Of a DNA stretch of 64,000 bases, positions 9,994 to 20,694 are shown piece after piece. The translations under genes were made by a program, and so were the position numbers. The notes under the pieces are model-generated. The model was given only the letters and a program-made list of their open reading frames with translations. It was not told the origin of the DNA and searched no databases. The stretch's first letter is position 1. The number at the start of each line of letters is the position of its first letter. The stretch is from an uncultured archaeon (GTDB taxonomy: Archaea; Asgardarchaeota; Lokiarchaeia; Sigyniarchaeales; SOKP01), in the NCBI GenBank assembly GCA_964388035.1, contig CAYLZE010000008.1, positions 3,176-67,175 on the forward strand, written 5' to 3'.

Positions 9994-10798
9994 TTTTTAG
10001 GTTCACCCTTTATATATTTTTAATATCCGTTACTTTGACCCGATGTAATTTAGGATCTCGCAATATGTTTAATCATTCTTAAAAATCTAGTTCATTTCGA
10101 TAGATATCTTTTATCCATCTATCATATTACAGAAAATATATTATTAATGATTAAAAATTTTAATCAGACCTTTGGTAACCAAAAAATTTATAAGATTTAA
10201 ATAAAAAGTGCTAAGAAAAAGCAATTTCATACATATTACGTGATTTAGCTTGAGAAATTAATTTGATAAAATAGGTTATTTAGTAAGAATTTATGTTTCC
10301 AAATGAATTCAAAACAAGAATTAATTCTTTTTCCATCCTTGAATGGTTTCTTACCACTTTTTCTTCAATTTTCCCTTCAATTTGTTAATTCATAATTGCA
10401 TCTTTTTTTTCCCTTAATGATAAATAAATAAGCTAATAGGTGGCATGCCTTCTTAATGCATTTTAAATGCTTTAGAATACTCTTATCGCTCAGTTCATTT
10501 TATCTTTCTTTTATGGAATAAATTTTGGAAGCACTTATCCAAGGTATTTTGGAGATAATGAATATTTGTATTGATATTAGAAGGATTTTATCTATTTAAA
10601 TTTCAAAAATTCTAAAAATTTAAATAAAAGTATAATGGTTAAGTTATTTGGAATGAAACAGTGAACTATGTCATCACATTGGAACAAATATACTTAAAAA
10701 ATGAGTATTAAAATTCCTTTAGAAATTACGTATGAGATGATTTAGAGAATAATATTTATACAAGATAAAAAAAAATTAGAAATTAAAAAATTAAAGGA

Positions 10799-11083
10799 TT
10801 ATAGTATCTCAAAACAAGTTTTAGCATCCATCCCAGGTTCTAAAAGGGGCAATAATTTTGCCAAGGATTTTCCCATATTAGATGTATGGAGTTTTAAAGC
10901 ATCTGAATCCTTATATCTCTCGTAGAAAATAATCATATTTTTTTTCCCTCTAACTGTATGAGGAATATACTCTAAAGTGCCGGGTTCTGCCGCTTTAATT
11001 TGAGGAATCACTTCCTTTAAAACCTCTTTTGCTTCTTCCATTTTACCTTCTTTTACTTGCACGCTAGCAATTAATGTAACCAT
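10799..11083 (-). CDS. ABM (antibiotic biosynthesis monooxygenase)/putative quinol monooxygenase family
   Basis: VKEGK, EPGTLEY, FYERY.D..AL..H. Confidence 0.85.
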   Translation of the reverse strand: MVTLIASVQVKEGKMEEAKEVLKEVIPQIKAAEPGTLEYIPHTVRGKKNMIIFYERYKDSDALKLHTSNMGKSLAKLLPLLEPGMDAKTCFEIL

Positions 11084-11312
11084 AATATCACTTATTCAAA
11101 TTTTTTGACTGTATATTACAGAAAAATACTTCCTAAGTTTTAATGGTTAGGATTAAAAAAATACATACTGAATTATGCTTGAATCCTTTTTAATGAAGAC
11201 TATAATAAAATAAATTAAAATAAGAAATTTCAAATGGTATTTAATAAAAAGCGAGAGTTTTTAATTATTGAACATTTATAAAATCGAAAATAAATTCAAG
11301 AGGAATTATATT

Positions 11313-12482
11313 ATGACAACATTACCTAAAGCGATAAAAAAATCCCCGAGCGAAGCAGAATTAAATATGAGGTTAGAAAAAGTAAAAGAATTAATGAAAA
11401 AGGAGAATCTGGATTATTATGTATCGTTTAATCCCATTAATATCTATTATCTAACTAATTTTGCTAACTATGTCCATGAGCGTCCATTTATCTTGGTGAT
11501 CCCCAAGAAAGGAGCAATGAATCTTCTAGTTCCTTTTTTAGAGAAAAGTCACGTTGAGACGAGGGCAGTTAGTCCGCTGGATATAGTTCACTATTTTGAA
11601 TTTCCCGCTCCTCAAGGGCAGAATTGGTATGATGAATATAGAAAGTTAATTGATAACAGTGCGAGAGTAGGAATAGAATCTGCAATGACGCTTAGAATTT
11701 ATGATCAGACTCCCGGAACAAAAATCAAGACGGATATCATTGACGAATGTCGATTAATAAAGACGGAATACGAGATAGGAAGAAATGTACATGCGTGTAA
11801 AATTATAAGTAAAGGACATGAAAAATTATTAGATGCATGCAAACCGGGCGTGCCTTTTATCAAAGTATATAATGAAGTATCTGGTTATCTTATGGGGCAA
11901 GTCTTAAAAGACATACCAAACCTTAATCCCATGGTTTCAAGAGCCGATGCAATGGTTCTCCCACCCAGTAGATCACATGATCCGCATAACATGACAAACA
12001 TCTTTTTTACCATGGAAAATGGGGGACCTCATGTTTCGGGAGTGGGAGGACAAATTGATGGTTACGGAGTGGAAATAGAGCGTTCATTTTTCTTAGGGCA
12101 AGTTCCAGAAGCCGCTAAAGAACCATTTGCTGTGATGATGGAAGCTAGAGAAAAAGCCTATGAATTAACGATTCCTGGAGGCAATTTCAGTGAGGTGGAT
12201 GAAGAAGTACGTAAAATCATTGAAAAAAGAGGATATTCTGACAAGCTATTACACCGGACGGGCCATGGATTAGGAATAACGGGCCACGAAGGCCCTTATA
12301 TCGCGGTTGGATATGACAAAAAAATTGAACCTGGAATGATAGTAAGTATCGAACCAGGGATTTACATTCCTAAAGTAGGAGGATTTCGGCATTCAGATAC
12401 CGTATTAATTACGGACGACGGAAATATTAGCTTAACTCAAGCACCCGATTCATTAGAAGAATTAACTCTCTCAATAGAGTAA
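11313..12482 (+). CDS. Xaa-Pro aminopeptidase/dipeptidase (M24B)
   Basis: Creatinase-N domain, HRTGHGLGI..HE, SIEPGIY, GFRHSDTV; ATG 11313 follows a GAGG RBS (ORF track starts at 11268). Confidence 0.9.
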   Translation: MTTLPKAIKKSPSEAELNMRLEKVKELMKKENLDYYVSFNPINIYYLTNFANYVHERPFILVIPKKGAMNLLVPFLEKSHVETRAVSPLDIVHYFEFPAPQGQNWYDEYRKLIDNSARVGIESAMTLRIYDQTPGTKIKTDIIDECRLIKTEYEIGRNVHACKIISKGHEKLLDACKPGVPFIKVYNEVSGYLMGQVLKDIPNLNPMVSRADAMVLPPSRSHDPHNMTNIFFTMENGGPHVSGVGGQIDGYGVEIERSFFLGQVPEAAKEPFAVMMEAREKAYELTIPGGNFSEVDEEVRKIIEKRGYSDKLLHRTGHGLGITGHEGPYIAVGYDKKIEPGMIVSIEPGIYIPKVGGFRHSDTVLITDDGNISLTQAPDSLEELTLSIE

Positions 12483-12560
12483 TATTATATGACAACAATG
12501 ATTCTTGATAACTCTTGACTAATTAGTTTAAAAAAAATATAGTTAAAATAAAGTATAATC

Positions 12561-14183
12561 TTATTTTTTTTCTATTTCCTTCAATACTTCTTTTCGGAGC
12601 GTTACCCTATCTGTCTTTTCCAATCTTGTTAGGGGTAAAGAGTCGCGAAATACAATTTTTCTCGGAACTTTAAAATCAGCCAATTTTTGCTTGCATAATT
12701 TTAAAATTTCCTCCTCGCTAGGTTTCTTACCACTTTCCGGAATGACAAATAACCAGATAACTTCTCCATAAATTTTATCAGGGATTCCAATTGCAGCAGC
12801 CATAGCTACATCTGGATGATCTAATACGACTTCCTCCACTTCTGTCGGTAACACGGTAAAGCTCCCTACACGTATTATAAATTTTTTACGTCCTTTTACC
12901 CATAATCCTCCTGTCTCATCAAGATATCCAAGATCTCCCATTTTACACCAACCATCTTTCGTAAATCCCGCTTTATCTTCGTTGGGCATTTTAAAATAAG
13001 ATTTAATGGTCATGGGACCTTTCACGAGAATTTCGCCTTCTTCGCCAGCAGGTACTTCCTTTCCATCATCATCCACGATTTTTATCTTCTGCTCGGGAAG
13101 TGGGTTTCCTGCATATCCATTTGCCAATTTTTCTAAAGAATCACCTAAAGCTGAGAAAGTAGTTTCCGTTCCTGCTTCCGTGCTTCCATACCCATTGATT
13201 ATATTTTTTGTGAACTTTTCGGTGACTCCTTGCAATAATTCTAAATTCAATTTTTCTCCACTTAGTAAGACTAATTTCACGGAAGAAAGGTCATATTTAT
13301 CGAGATCAGGAAGGCTCAATAGAATCGCAAGCATGGTAGGCACGCCTCCGGAAAAAGCAATCTTCTCTTTTTGAATTGACTCCAAGACGGGATAAGGAGA
13401 CCAAGACTCCTGGACGACAAGTTGCATGCCGCCACAAAGTGGACATCCGATAATCTCCTCCACCCCTCCAACATGACTGGTTGGCAAATTCGAGAGCACC
13501 GTTGTTCTTTGAGGAATCCCCACGACTTCGAAATTTTTGAGAAAAGCTTCAGTTTCATAATAGATAGAATAGACAATGTTGCCTTGAGAAAGAAGTGCTG
13601 CTTTTGGTAAACCCGAGGTACCTCCAGTAAAAACAATCAATGCTCCATCATCATGAGTTAAAGCCTTTTTTGCCTTATCTAATTCAGCATCCAAGTCAAG
13701 GGGCTTTTCTAAAAGCGATTGTAATGACTGATCGATCTTCTTTCCTTCAACAGATATCAATATCGCGTTAGGACAAGCACTTTTGGATACATCCAAGACA
13801 GTAGATGCAATATCAAATTCATCAAAATTTTCCCGCATTACGATGATTTTTGGATCCACGTGAGAGAGAAAGCGTTGGTAATCAGCAGGACGATACCTAA
13901 CATCCATAGGGGTTGTAATTGCCCCAATCATGGTAGAAGCACAGAATGTGAGGATGAATTCCAAGCTGGTGGGGAGGATCGTTATAATCCTGTCTCCTTT
14001 CTTTACACCTAAATAAAGAAAGGCTTTGGCTGTTTGATTAACCAGTTCCAATAATTCTCCCGCCGTCGTAGTCTTTCCTTTAAACTTAATAGTCGGAAAC
14101 TCGGGGTCTTTTTTAGCCCAATATTCAAGATATTGCCAAAAATATTCTAATTTCGGTAAATCCATTTTAAGATCACTTTTCAA
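12561..14183 (-). CDS. Long-chain acyl-CoA synthetase / AMP-binding enzyme
   Basis: FTGGTSGLPKA, GYGSTE, GDLGYLD, GRKK, P.EVE, FKVPR, terminal Lys. Confidence 0.92.
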   Translation of the reverse strand: MKSDLKMDLPKLEYFWQYLEYWAKKDPEFPTIKFKGKTTTAGELLELVNQTAKAFLYLGVKKGDRIITILPTSLEFILTFCASTMIGAITTPMDVRYRPADYQRFLSHVDPKIIVMRENFDEFDIASTVLDVSKSACPNAILISVEGKKIDQSLQSLLEKPLDLDAELDKAKKALTHDDGALIVFTGGTSGLPKAALLSQGNIVYSIYYETEAFLKNFEVVGIPQRTTVLSNLPTSHVGGVEEIIGCPLCGGMQLVVQESWSPYPVLESIQKEKIAFSGGVPTMLAILLSLPDLDKYDLSSVKLVLLSGEKLNLELLQGVTEKFTKNIINGYGSTEAGTETTFSALGDSLEKLANGYAGNPLPEQKIKIVDDDGKEVPAGEEGEILVKGPMTIKSYFKMPNEDKAGFTKDGWCKMGDLGYLDETGGLWVKGRKKFIIRVGSFTVLPTEVEEVVLDHPDVAMAAAIGIPDKIYGEVIWLFVIPESGKKPSEEEILKLCKQKLADFKVPRKIVFRDSLPLTRLEKTDRVTLRKEVLKEIEKK

Positions 14184-14295
14184 GTAATAATTTACGATAA
14201 CAAGTGATGATTTGGTCGAATTCTAATTATACCTTTTTATTATTTGCAACCATAATTCCAATTATAAGTTTAAAATATTTAAAAAAGGAATAAAA

Positions 14296-15150
14296 ATGGA
14301 ATTTGAAACCATAAAATTTGAATTAAGAGAGGATGGTATTGGAATTCTCACGCTTAATCGTCCGGAACAACTGAATGCCATGAATTTTCAGATGTCAGAA
14401 GAACTTCATTCACTTTATGACCATCTGATGACGAATCTCAATTGTCGCGTCCTTCTTCTAAGGGCTGAAGGAAGAGTATTTTGTGCGGGTCTGGATTTAA
14501 AGGAGTCCGCCATCATGCAATCTAAAAAAAAGCCCGAGGAATTGAAGCAAAAATTCTTTTTCTTGAATGTGCCCGAAAAAGATATCATTAAAGCTAAGAT
14601 TTATGCGCAATGGCGTGCTTCGCAGATCATTATTAAAATGCGCAGAATAAGCCAACCCATTATCGCCTTAGTGCAGGGTGCGGCTTCAGGAGTGGGTTTT
14701 GCGTTTAGTTTAGCTTCCGACATGATCATAGCAGGTAAAGAAGCAAAATTTAATAATGCTTTCATAAACGTGGGCTTTTCTGGATCCGATTTGGCTTCAA
14801 GCTATCACTTACCCCGGCTTATTGGCATGTCCCGAGCGGCAGAACTTTTATACACGGGCAGATTCGTGGAAGCGGAAGAGGCGGTGCGAATTGGTTTGGC
14901 TTTGAAAAGGGTAGAAAATGACAAGTTACTTGAAAGTGGCATGGAGTTAGCGAATAGTTTGCTGGCTAAAAGTCCCTTAGGGTTAAGAATGACAAAAGAA
15001 GCGATTAATCTTTCCCTTGATTCGCCAAGCCTTGAAACTATGATAAATCTAGAGAATAGAACTCAGATGCTCTGTTCCTCCTCAACTGACATGAATGAGG
15101 GTATTGCTGCCTTTTTTGAGAAGAGAAAACCTAAATATCCCCTACAATAA
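14296..15150 (+). CDS. Enoyl-CoA hydratase/isomerase (crotonase) family protein
   Basis: LNRPE.LNA, FCAGLDL, QPIIALVQG.ASG.G, LPRLIG, EG..AFFEKRKP. Confidence 0.92.
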   Translation: MEFETIKFELREDGIGILTLNRPEQLNAMNFQMSEELHSLYDHLMTNLNCRVLLLRAEGRVFCAGLDLKESAIMQSKKKPEELKQKFFFLNVPEKDIIKAKIYAQWRASQIIIKMRRISQPIIALVQGAASGVGFAFSLASDMIIAGKEAKFNNAFINVGFSGSDLASSYHLPRLIGMSRAAELLYTGRFVEAEEAVRIGLALKRVENDKLLESGMELANSLLAKSPLGLRMTKEAINLSLDSPSLETMINLENRTQMLCSSSTDMNEGIAAFFEKRKPKYPLQ

Positions 15151-15228
15151 TAAATAAATTATCTTTTTTTTCTTCAATTTCTTTTTTAAAAGCCATGTAT
15201 TAAGCGAAATATTCGCTAAGTAATTAAG

Positions 15229-15900
15229 CTAAAGATATTTCTCATAATCGGAGCATAATAAATAAATAGGTTCCGTATCCTCCTCAATTTCCATGTAACG
15301 TCGATTTACTCCGATATAGAAATTATCTGATTTATCATCATTAACACTAGAGATTTCACCAATTAAGATCCACCCCGAGGTCTCTTTTGCCCAAAATCTA
15401 TGAAAAACACGAGCGGGTAAATATATTGATTGACCCGGTTGCAGGATTATTTTTTCTCGAGGCTGTACAACTTTTTTAATTCCATCAATGGATATCATGA
15501 CATTTTCATCGGAAAATTCATTTTCTTTCGTTTTATGCCGTACTTGAACTATCAATTCTCCTCCTCCTCTGTTCATTATGTCCTCGAATTTATTAAAATG
15601 ATAATGCCAAGGAAGCTTTTGACCTGGAAGCCCAATCATCACTTTTTCACAAAAATTTCTTCCCGAATTATATTTTCCATTGCGTATCGTAAAATGAATT
15701 AGTCCAAACTTATAAAAGTCTCCCTTTCCATAATCCGTGATATCCCATCCTAACAGATGGTTGCGTATATCTTCGATTTCATTGCTCTTTTCTTGCCATG
15801 TGGTTAATGTCCAATACGCAAATTCGGGCAAATAAAACTTATTTTTGTTGAAAAAATCAATCGATTTTAATATTAGATTATCTATATATGATCTTTTCAT
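15229..15900 (-). CDS. D-lyxose/D-mannose family sugar isomerase (cupin)
   Basis: MKRS, GWDITD.G, PWHYH..K.EDI.NRGGG, HRFW, GEISSVNDD. Confidence 0.92.
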   Translation of the reverse strand: MKRSYIDNLILKSIDFFNKNKFYLPEFAYWTLTTWQEKSNEIEDIRNHLLGWDITDYGKGDFYKFGLIHFTIRNGKYNSGRNFCEKVMIGLPGQKLPWHYHFNKFEDIMNRGGGELIVQVRHKTKENEFSDENVMISIDGIKKVVQPREKIILQPGQSIYLPARVFHRFWAKETSGWILIGEISSVNDDKSDNFYIGVNRRYMEIEEDTEPIYLLCSDYEKYL

Positions 15901-16125
15901 GACAATAATACTAGATTGCTTAATTTTTAGAAAAATTCGAGATGTATTAAAATATCTTATTATTTGTGAGGTTGAGTTCCTTTAAATAGGTACAAACTTA
16001 TTGGAAAAGGGATTTCTTTTGAATAGATATAAAAGAAGCGGCATTGAAATTCTGCTCATTTAGCACCTTTTGGTAGAAAAATGAGTATCATTTTCTGATA
16101 TCTCTGAGTTCTTTAAAAATCATGT

Positions 16126-17115
16126 TTAATCTTGAGGCATTATTCCTAATACTTCTTTTATTAATTTTGCCGCGGCGTATCCCGTGATATTGGACACATC
16201 GAATTGGGGGCAATATTCCACAATATCAAAAGCAGATATTGGCAATTCCTCTAAATTTTGAAGTAAATCCACGATATCAGCAGTTGACAAGCCGCCCGGT
16301 TCGGGATTTCCAACTCCCGGAGCAAAACCGGGATCTAATACGTCCAAATCCAAGGATAGATAAACACTTTCTATTTCCTTTAGATGATTTTTTATTTCTT
16401 TGGCTATCGATATAGCTCCCTTCTCCTTAAACTCACTCTTTGTTATTGTCGTAATTTCATTATGCTTAATATAATCATATTGAAGATTAGTACTAGCTCG
16501 TATTCCCGCAAGAAGGATATTTTTAGGATCTATTGATGTTTCATCAATGATCCGTCGCAAAACGCAAGCATGTGAAAATTTATTATCCTCATATTGTTCG
16601 TATAAATCAGGATGGGCATCGATATAAATAATACCGACACTCTTGTTATTAAATACTTCCATTCTATTAAGCGCAGTAAAGCAAAAGAAAGTAATCAAAT
16701 GATCTCCTCCTAAAAAAAGGTATTTTTTCTCATTCCCTCCCACTGTTAAAAGAAGGTCAGAGACTCTTTTTGGCATGCTGGAAGGATCCTCTTTTGTCAA
16801 TGATAAGTCTCCCAAATCAAAAATCTTCCATTTTTGAGCAATATTTACTAATTTTTCTGTATAAGGATTATAAAGTTTTGCTGTGGTACTAGTTCTTAAT
16901 AACGCGGGGGCATCGCGTGCACCTTTTCGAAATGAAGAGGAAGCATCCCAAGGAATCCCCAATACTGCTAAATTAGAGCTCATGGCATCGTTAACCAATG
17001 CACCAAAAAACAGATCTTTATTACTTATTGTTGTCAAGAAAATATCATCATTTAGAAAATAAGATTTAAAAGAAGAAAATTGATATGAAATAAGAAATTT
17101 TTGAATGGAAATCAC
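16126..17115 (-). CDS. speB: Agmatinase (ureohydrolase family); true start probably near 17037
   Basis: GGDH, DAHPD, SHA, SLDLDVLDP..APGVG.PEPGG, DIVE. Confidence 0.85.
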   Translation of the reverse strand: MISIQKFLISYQFSSFKSYFLNDDIFLTTISNKDLFFGALVNDAMSSNLAVLGIPWDASSSFRKGARDAPALLRTSTTAKLYNPYTEKLVNIAQKWKIFDLGDLSLTKEDPSSMPKRVSDLLLTVGGNEKKYLFLGGDHLITFFCFTALNRMEVFNNKSVGIIYIDAHPDLYEQYEDNKFSHACVLRRIIDETSIDPKNILLAGIRASTNLQYDYIKHNEITTITKSEFKEKGAISIAKEIKNHLKEIESVYLSLDLDVLDPGFAPGVGNPEPGGLSTADIVDLLQNLEELPISAFDIVEYCPQFDVSNITGYAAAKLIKEVLGIMPQD

Positions 17116-17208
17116 TCTTTCAAAAATAGTCTATTTATAATAAGTTCTTCTGGATTAAGGAAGATTAAAAAAAGAATTTATCAGTTCTTGAAATCGGAAT
17201 TGAAGAAG

Positions 17209-18333
17209 TTAATTTTTACTCCTCAATTTTCTCTTTAGAAGCTTTTCTTTTTTTTCAAGTTTACTCTCTAAAATCTTTGAATAAAGATCTTCAAAATCTT
17301 TAGGGGGAACTGCTTCTAAAGGTCTTCTTTTCAGAGAAATGGCTTCAATCGGACAGCTTATTACACAAACACCGCAGCCAATGCATCTATTCATGTTGAC
17401 CTTCGAGCAATCATCATCAAGCGTGATTGCCTCCATTTGGCATCGATTGACACATACCCCGCATCCAGTGCATTCTTCAGCGTTCACTTCAGCATAAAAA
17501 TTCGTCCCGATATATTCATGAGGTTTATACATCCGTTTTAAACCCGCGGCCATCCCGCAACAGCACGTGCAACAACCACAGAAGAAAGTAGGATTTTCCG
17601 TATTTTCTACTTGTAAAATAAGCCCATCCTCTTCATTCTTGCGCAATACTTCTAAAGCTTCTTCTCGAGTAATTTCTCGACCCCATCCTTGATTGATATA
17701 AAGTTGTGCCATCCAATCTACAGCCATGCAAATCTCCCTGCGATCTGTTATTTTACATGGCCGATGAATGAGATCGGCGCCTTTCTTGCAAATACAATCT
17801 GCAAGACCAATTGGACCCTTCGCATTTTGAATTATTTTTTTAATATCTTCATAATTTGCGATATTTTTGTGGCTTTCAATGCTTAAATCTACGGGAATCG
17901 TACGCAATTGATTAACTTTGGTAGAGAGAATCTCAAATCCAAAAGCTTCTCTTATATAATGGAAAAAATCTTTCACCAGGTCAGGAGTAAGATTTGAAAG
18001 CTGATATTCGTACATACCAACCACGATGGGCGCATTTGCCCAATATTTAAAGCCATCTTTTTCTTTAAAGCTCAAGCCACCATTCTTAACAATATGATCC
18101 AATGTTACTTCTAAATCTTTCAAAGAAATCTTTTCTTTTCCATATAATTTATGGATTTCTTCTAAATTTTTCCATTTCCAATCCAAGAAACAGGCTATTT
18201 CCGCTTGTTCGGGAGAGAAGATGTATTTCAATATTCTCAGTTCGACTCCCGATTTAGTGGAAGGATATCCTATCGGCATGCTATCAAGATGCGCTTGCAA
18301 TTTCCTATAAATGTCTGATTCACTTTTAGTCAT
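17209..18333 (-). CDS. 4Fe-4S dicluster protein with N-terminal wHTH-like region
   Basis: CICK...C, CGCCTCCC, two CxxCxxCxxxC ferredoxin motifs. Confidence 0.85.
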   Translation of the reverse strand: MTKSESDIYRKLQAHLDSMPIGYPSTKSGVELRILKYIFSPEQAEIACFLDWKWKNLEEIHKLYGKEKISLKDLEVTLDHIVKNGGLSFKEKDGFKYWANAPIVVGMYEYQLSNLTPDLVKDFFHYIREAFGFEILSTKVNQLRTIPVDLSIESHKNIANYEDIKKIIQNAKGPIGLADCICKKGADLIHRPCKITDRREICMAVDWMAQLYINQGWGREITREEALEVLRKNEEDGLILQVENTENPTFFCGCCTCCCGMAAGLKRMYKPHEYIGTNFYAEVNAEECTGCGVCVNRCQMEAITLDDDCSKVNMNRCIGCGVCVISCPIEAISLKRRPLEAVPPKDFEDLYSKILESKLEKKEKLLKRKLRSKN

Positions 18334-18495
18334 TTTCGATTCAGAGTGAAAAGAATTTAATATGATTAAACTAACACATTATGTATTCCATTTTAAATTT
18401 ATCCCAATCTTTTTAAGTAAATTTGAATGGAAATTTTATTTGAATGAGTGTTTTTTTATAAAATGTTATTAATATCAACATGAGGTTCAATAATT

Positions 18496-19350
18496 ATGGA
18501 TTATAGTAAATTTGAAGCAATTCATTTTGAATTGAGGCAGGAAGGAATTGGAATTCTCAGTCTCAATCGTCCTGAAAAATTAAATGCCATTTCCTTTCAA
18601 ATGGAAGAAGAACTGCATGAACTCTTGGATCATCTAATGGTTAATTTAGAGTGCCGTGTAATACTATTTAAAGGAGAAGGACGGGCATTCTGTGCGGGAA
18701 CCGATCTTCAAGAAGGATTAATGCTTGATGCTAAACGACCCCCGAAAGGATTTGAACACGTTTATTTTTTAAACATTCCCGAACCCTTAAAGCGAAAAAT
18801 GTATCATCAATGGAGAATCAGTCAGATCTATGTAAAGATGAGGAAAATTAGTCAACCAATCATCACATTGGTTCACGGTGCCGCCGCTGGGGGAGGATTT
18901 GGTTTCGCCATGGCCTCTGATATGCGTATTGCCAGCAGCGACGCTAAATTTATTAATGCTTCTATTAATATCGGACTCACTGGAGCGGATGTGGGAGGAA
19001 GTTATTTTCTTCCGCGCTTGATTGGATTATCAAGAGCTGCAGAAATCTTATATACGGGAAAGCAAGTTAGTGGAGAAGAAGCAGAAAAAATTGGATTAGT
19101 TTTAAAAGTGGTAGAAAAGGAAAAATTAATTGAAGAGGGATTAAGCTTGGCGCAAGAACTTTTAAGTAAAAGTCCCTTGGGGTTGAGGATGACCAAAGAA
19201 GCTGTCAATCTCTCATTAGATTCTCCTAGTTTAGAGAATATCGTTCAATTTGAGAACAGTTCTATTGTATTAACCTTTTGTTCAAAAGACGTGCAGGAAG
19301 CTTCGGCAGCATTTTTTGAAAAAAGAACCCCCAAGTATGAGTTGAAATGA
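18496..19350 (+). CDS. Enoyl-CoA hydratase/isomerase family protein (paralog of 14296..15150)
   Basis: Same crotonase motifs; shared blocks KMR.ISQPII and KSPLGLRMTKEA.NLSLDSPSLE. Confidence 0.92.
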   Translation: MDYSKFEAIHFELRQEGIGILSLNRPEKLNAISFQMEEELHELLDHLMVNLECRVILFKGEGRAFCAGTDLQEGLMLDAKRPPKGFEHVYFLNIPEPLKRKMYHQWRISQIYVKMRKISQPIITLVHGAAAGGGFGFAMASDMRIASSDAKFINASINIGLTGADVGGSYFLPRLIGLSRAAEILYTGKQVSGEEAEKIGLVLKVVEKEKLIEEGLSLAQELLSKSPLGLRMTKEAVNLSLDSPSLENIVQFENSSIVLTFCSKDVQEASAAFFEKRTPKYELK

Positions 19351-19569
19351 CCCTTGGGAATCTTTTAATCCTAACTAGAAAAATAGCAAATTTTAACAAC
19401 GCCTTTTTTATTTTATTTCAAATAAAAATTTATAATTTCAAGAGCTTAGAAATGTAAACAATTCTAATCTCATTTGATTTGGAAAAATGAAACAATTTTA
19501 ACGTTAAAAGCGCTATTCAATATTGAAATAAAAAAAAGATGGATTAATTTGTGTTAGAAAGTACAGTAT

Positions 19570-20079
19570 TCACTTTTTAATTTGAACTTTGGGCTTAATG
19601 GGAGAAGCTCCACCAAAATTGGTAATGACGGGGCAATGTGCAAAAACTTTATCCATTAATTCATTTATTTTTTCTTCGGAAGCATTTGCTTTAATCCTAA
19701 TAACAGGCTCTAATTTATCATAACCTGCCATTTTTTTATCATCAATTCCAAAAATTGCACCAAGATTAATATGCCCACGAGAGAAAACTTGCATTTCCTC
19801 AATGGTAATACCCATTATTAGAGCCCAAAAACGAGTCACTGCTATAATACAAGCCCCTATTGAAGAAAGAATGACTAATAACGGGGATGGACCTATATTT
19901 GTTCCGTTCAATCCTCCCGGTGCATCAATCAGCAATTTGAAAGGCTCTCCAGCAGGATTACCCATGGAGCATTCAATTTGCATGCCTTCTTTTTGCATGG
20001 TACATTCTACATTAAAATTCTTCTCTCCTGCATCCCAATTCGCTTTAATTGCATCATACGTCTCTTTAAATGATGGCAT
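19570..20079 (-). CDS. OsmC/Ohr family protein
   Basis: D.P...GT..GPSP...L...GAC and HCPV two-Cys motif. Confidence 0.88.
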   Translation of the reverse strand: MPSFKETYDAIKANWDAGEKNFNVECTMQKEGMQIECSMGNPAGEPFKLLIDAPGGLNGTNIGPSPLLVILSSIGACIIAVTRFWALIMGITIEEMQVFSRGHINLGAIFGIDDKKMAGYDKLEPVIRIKANASEEKINELMDKVFAHCPVITNFGGASPIKPKVQIKK

Positions 20080-20116
20080 TTTTATTTTTCACTTTTTCTT
20101 TTTTGATTGTTTTTTT

Positions 20117-20155
20117 GAATATTTATTCGATATTCTTTTTCTAGAATGCTCATTC
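20117..20155. promoter_or_regulatory. Paired palindromes GAATR-N2-YATTC between the TATA-like box and start of the OsmC gene
   Basis: GAATAttTATTC at 20117-20128 and GAATGctCATTC at 20144-20155; TTTTATAG on the minus strand just upstream. Confidence 0.5.
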
Positions 20156-20173
20156 CTATAAAAAGGTTATGTT

Positions 20174-20427
20174 TTACCCCAACAAGTTAAATTCGTGGCG
20201 GTGGTAGTCAAAAAAAGTGAGGAAAAACTCGCTGGCGGAGATGATATATTCGGGATTAATGCGGGTATAATCTTTTTTCGGATTGTAATAGATGGTGTCG
20301 TGAAAATCAAAAATGACTGTTTCTTTCCCTTTTAATGTAATTTGGTCGGGAGAAAAACGGAATTATTGCCATTTAAATCACGGCGGGTCGGGAATTTTCT
20401 GATTTAGGCGGGAATTCCGACAGTCCT
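20174..20427 (-). mobile_element. Possible IS end/remnant with a frameshifted short ORF
   Basis: GC-richer island ending AGGACTGTCGGAATTCCCGCC (minus strand) with an internal CGGGAATT repeat; ATG at 20372 joins a roughly 60-codon frame only after a 1-nt shift in a T5 run. Confidence 0.3.
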
Positions 20428-20694
20428 AACCGTTAAAAAAGTGAGAAAAATGAATCTTAATATAGAAAAAAACGGTAAATATAAAGTTAACAAGTAAAGA
20501 ATTGGAATATTGTGAGAAAGTGAATAGTTTTTCTTACTATTCATGTGTTTTAATAAAATACTGAGCTTTCCATTTTTAAACTAGCAATTTTCTGGTGATT
20601 CAGATTTTGATTTATCCCTGTGTAAGGATATGCAAAGAACGACTAACTTTTTTGAAAAAAAAGTGATAAAATAAAGTGAATTTAGTGAAAAAGA

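Noticed and set aside
10083-10798. About 700-bp ORF-free gap with broken minus-strand coding-like patches
   Set aside because: No recognisable family or RNA structure; it may be a decayed gene but this cannot be supported
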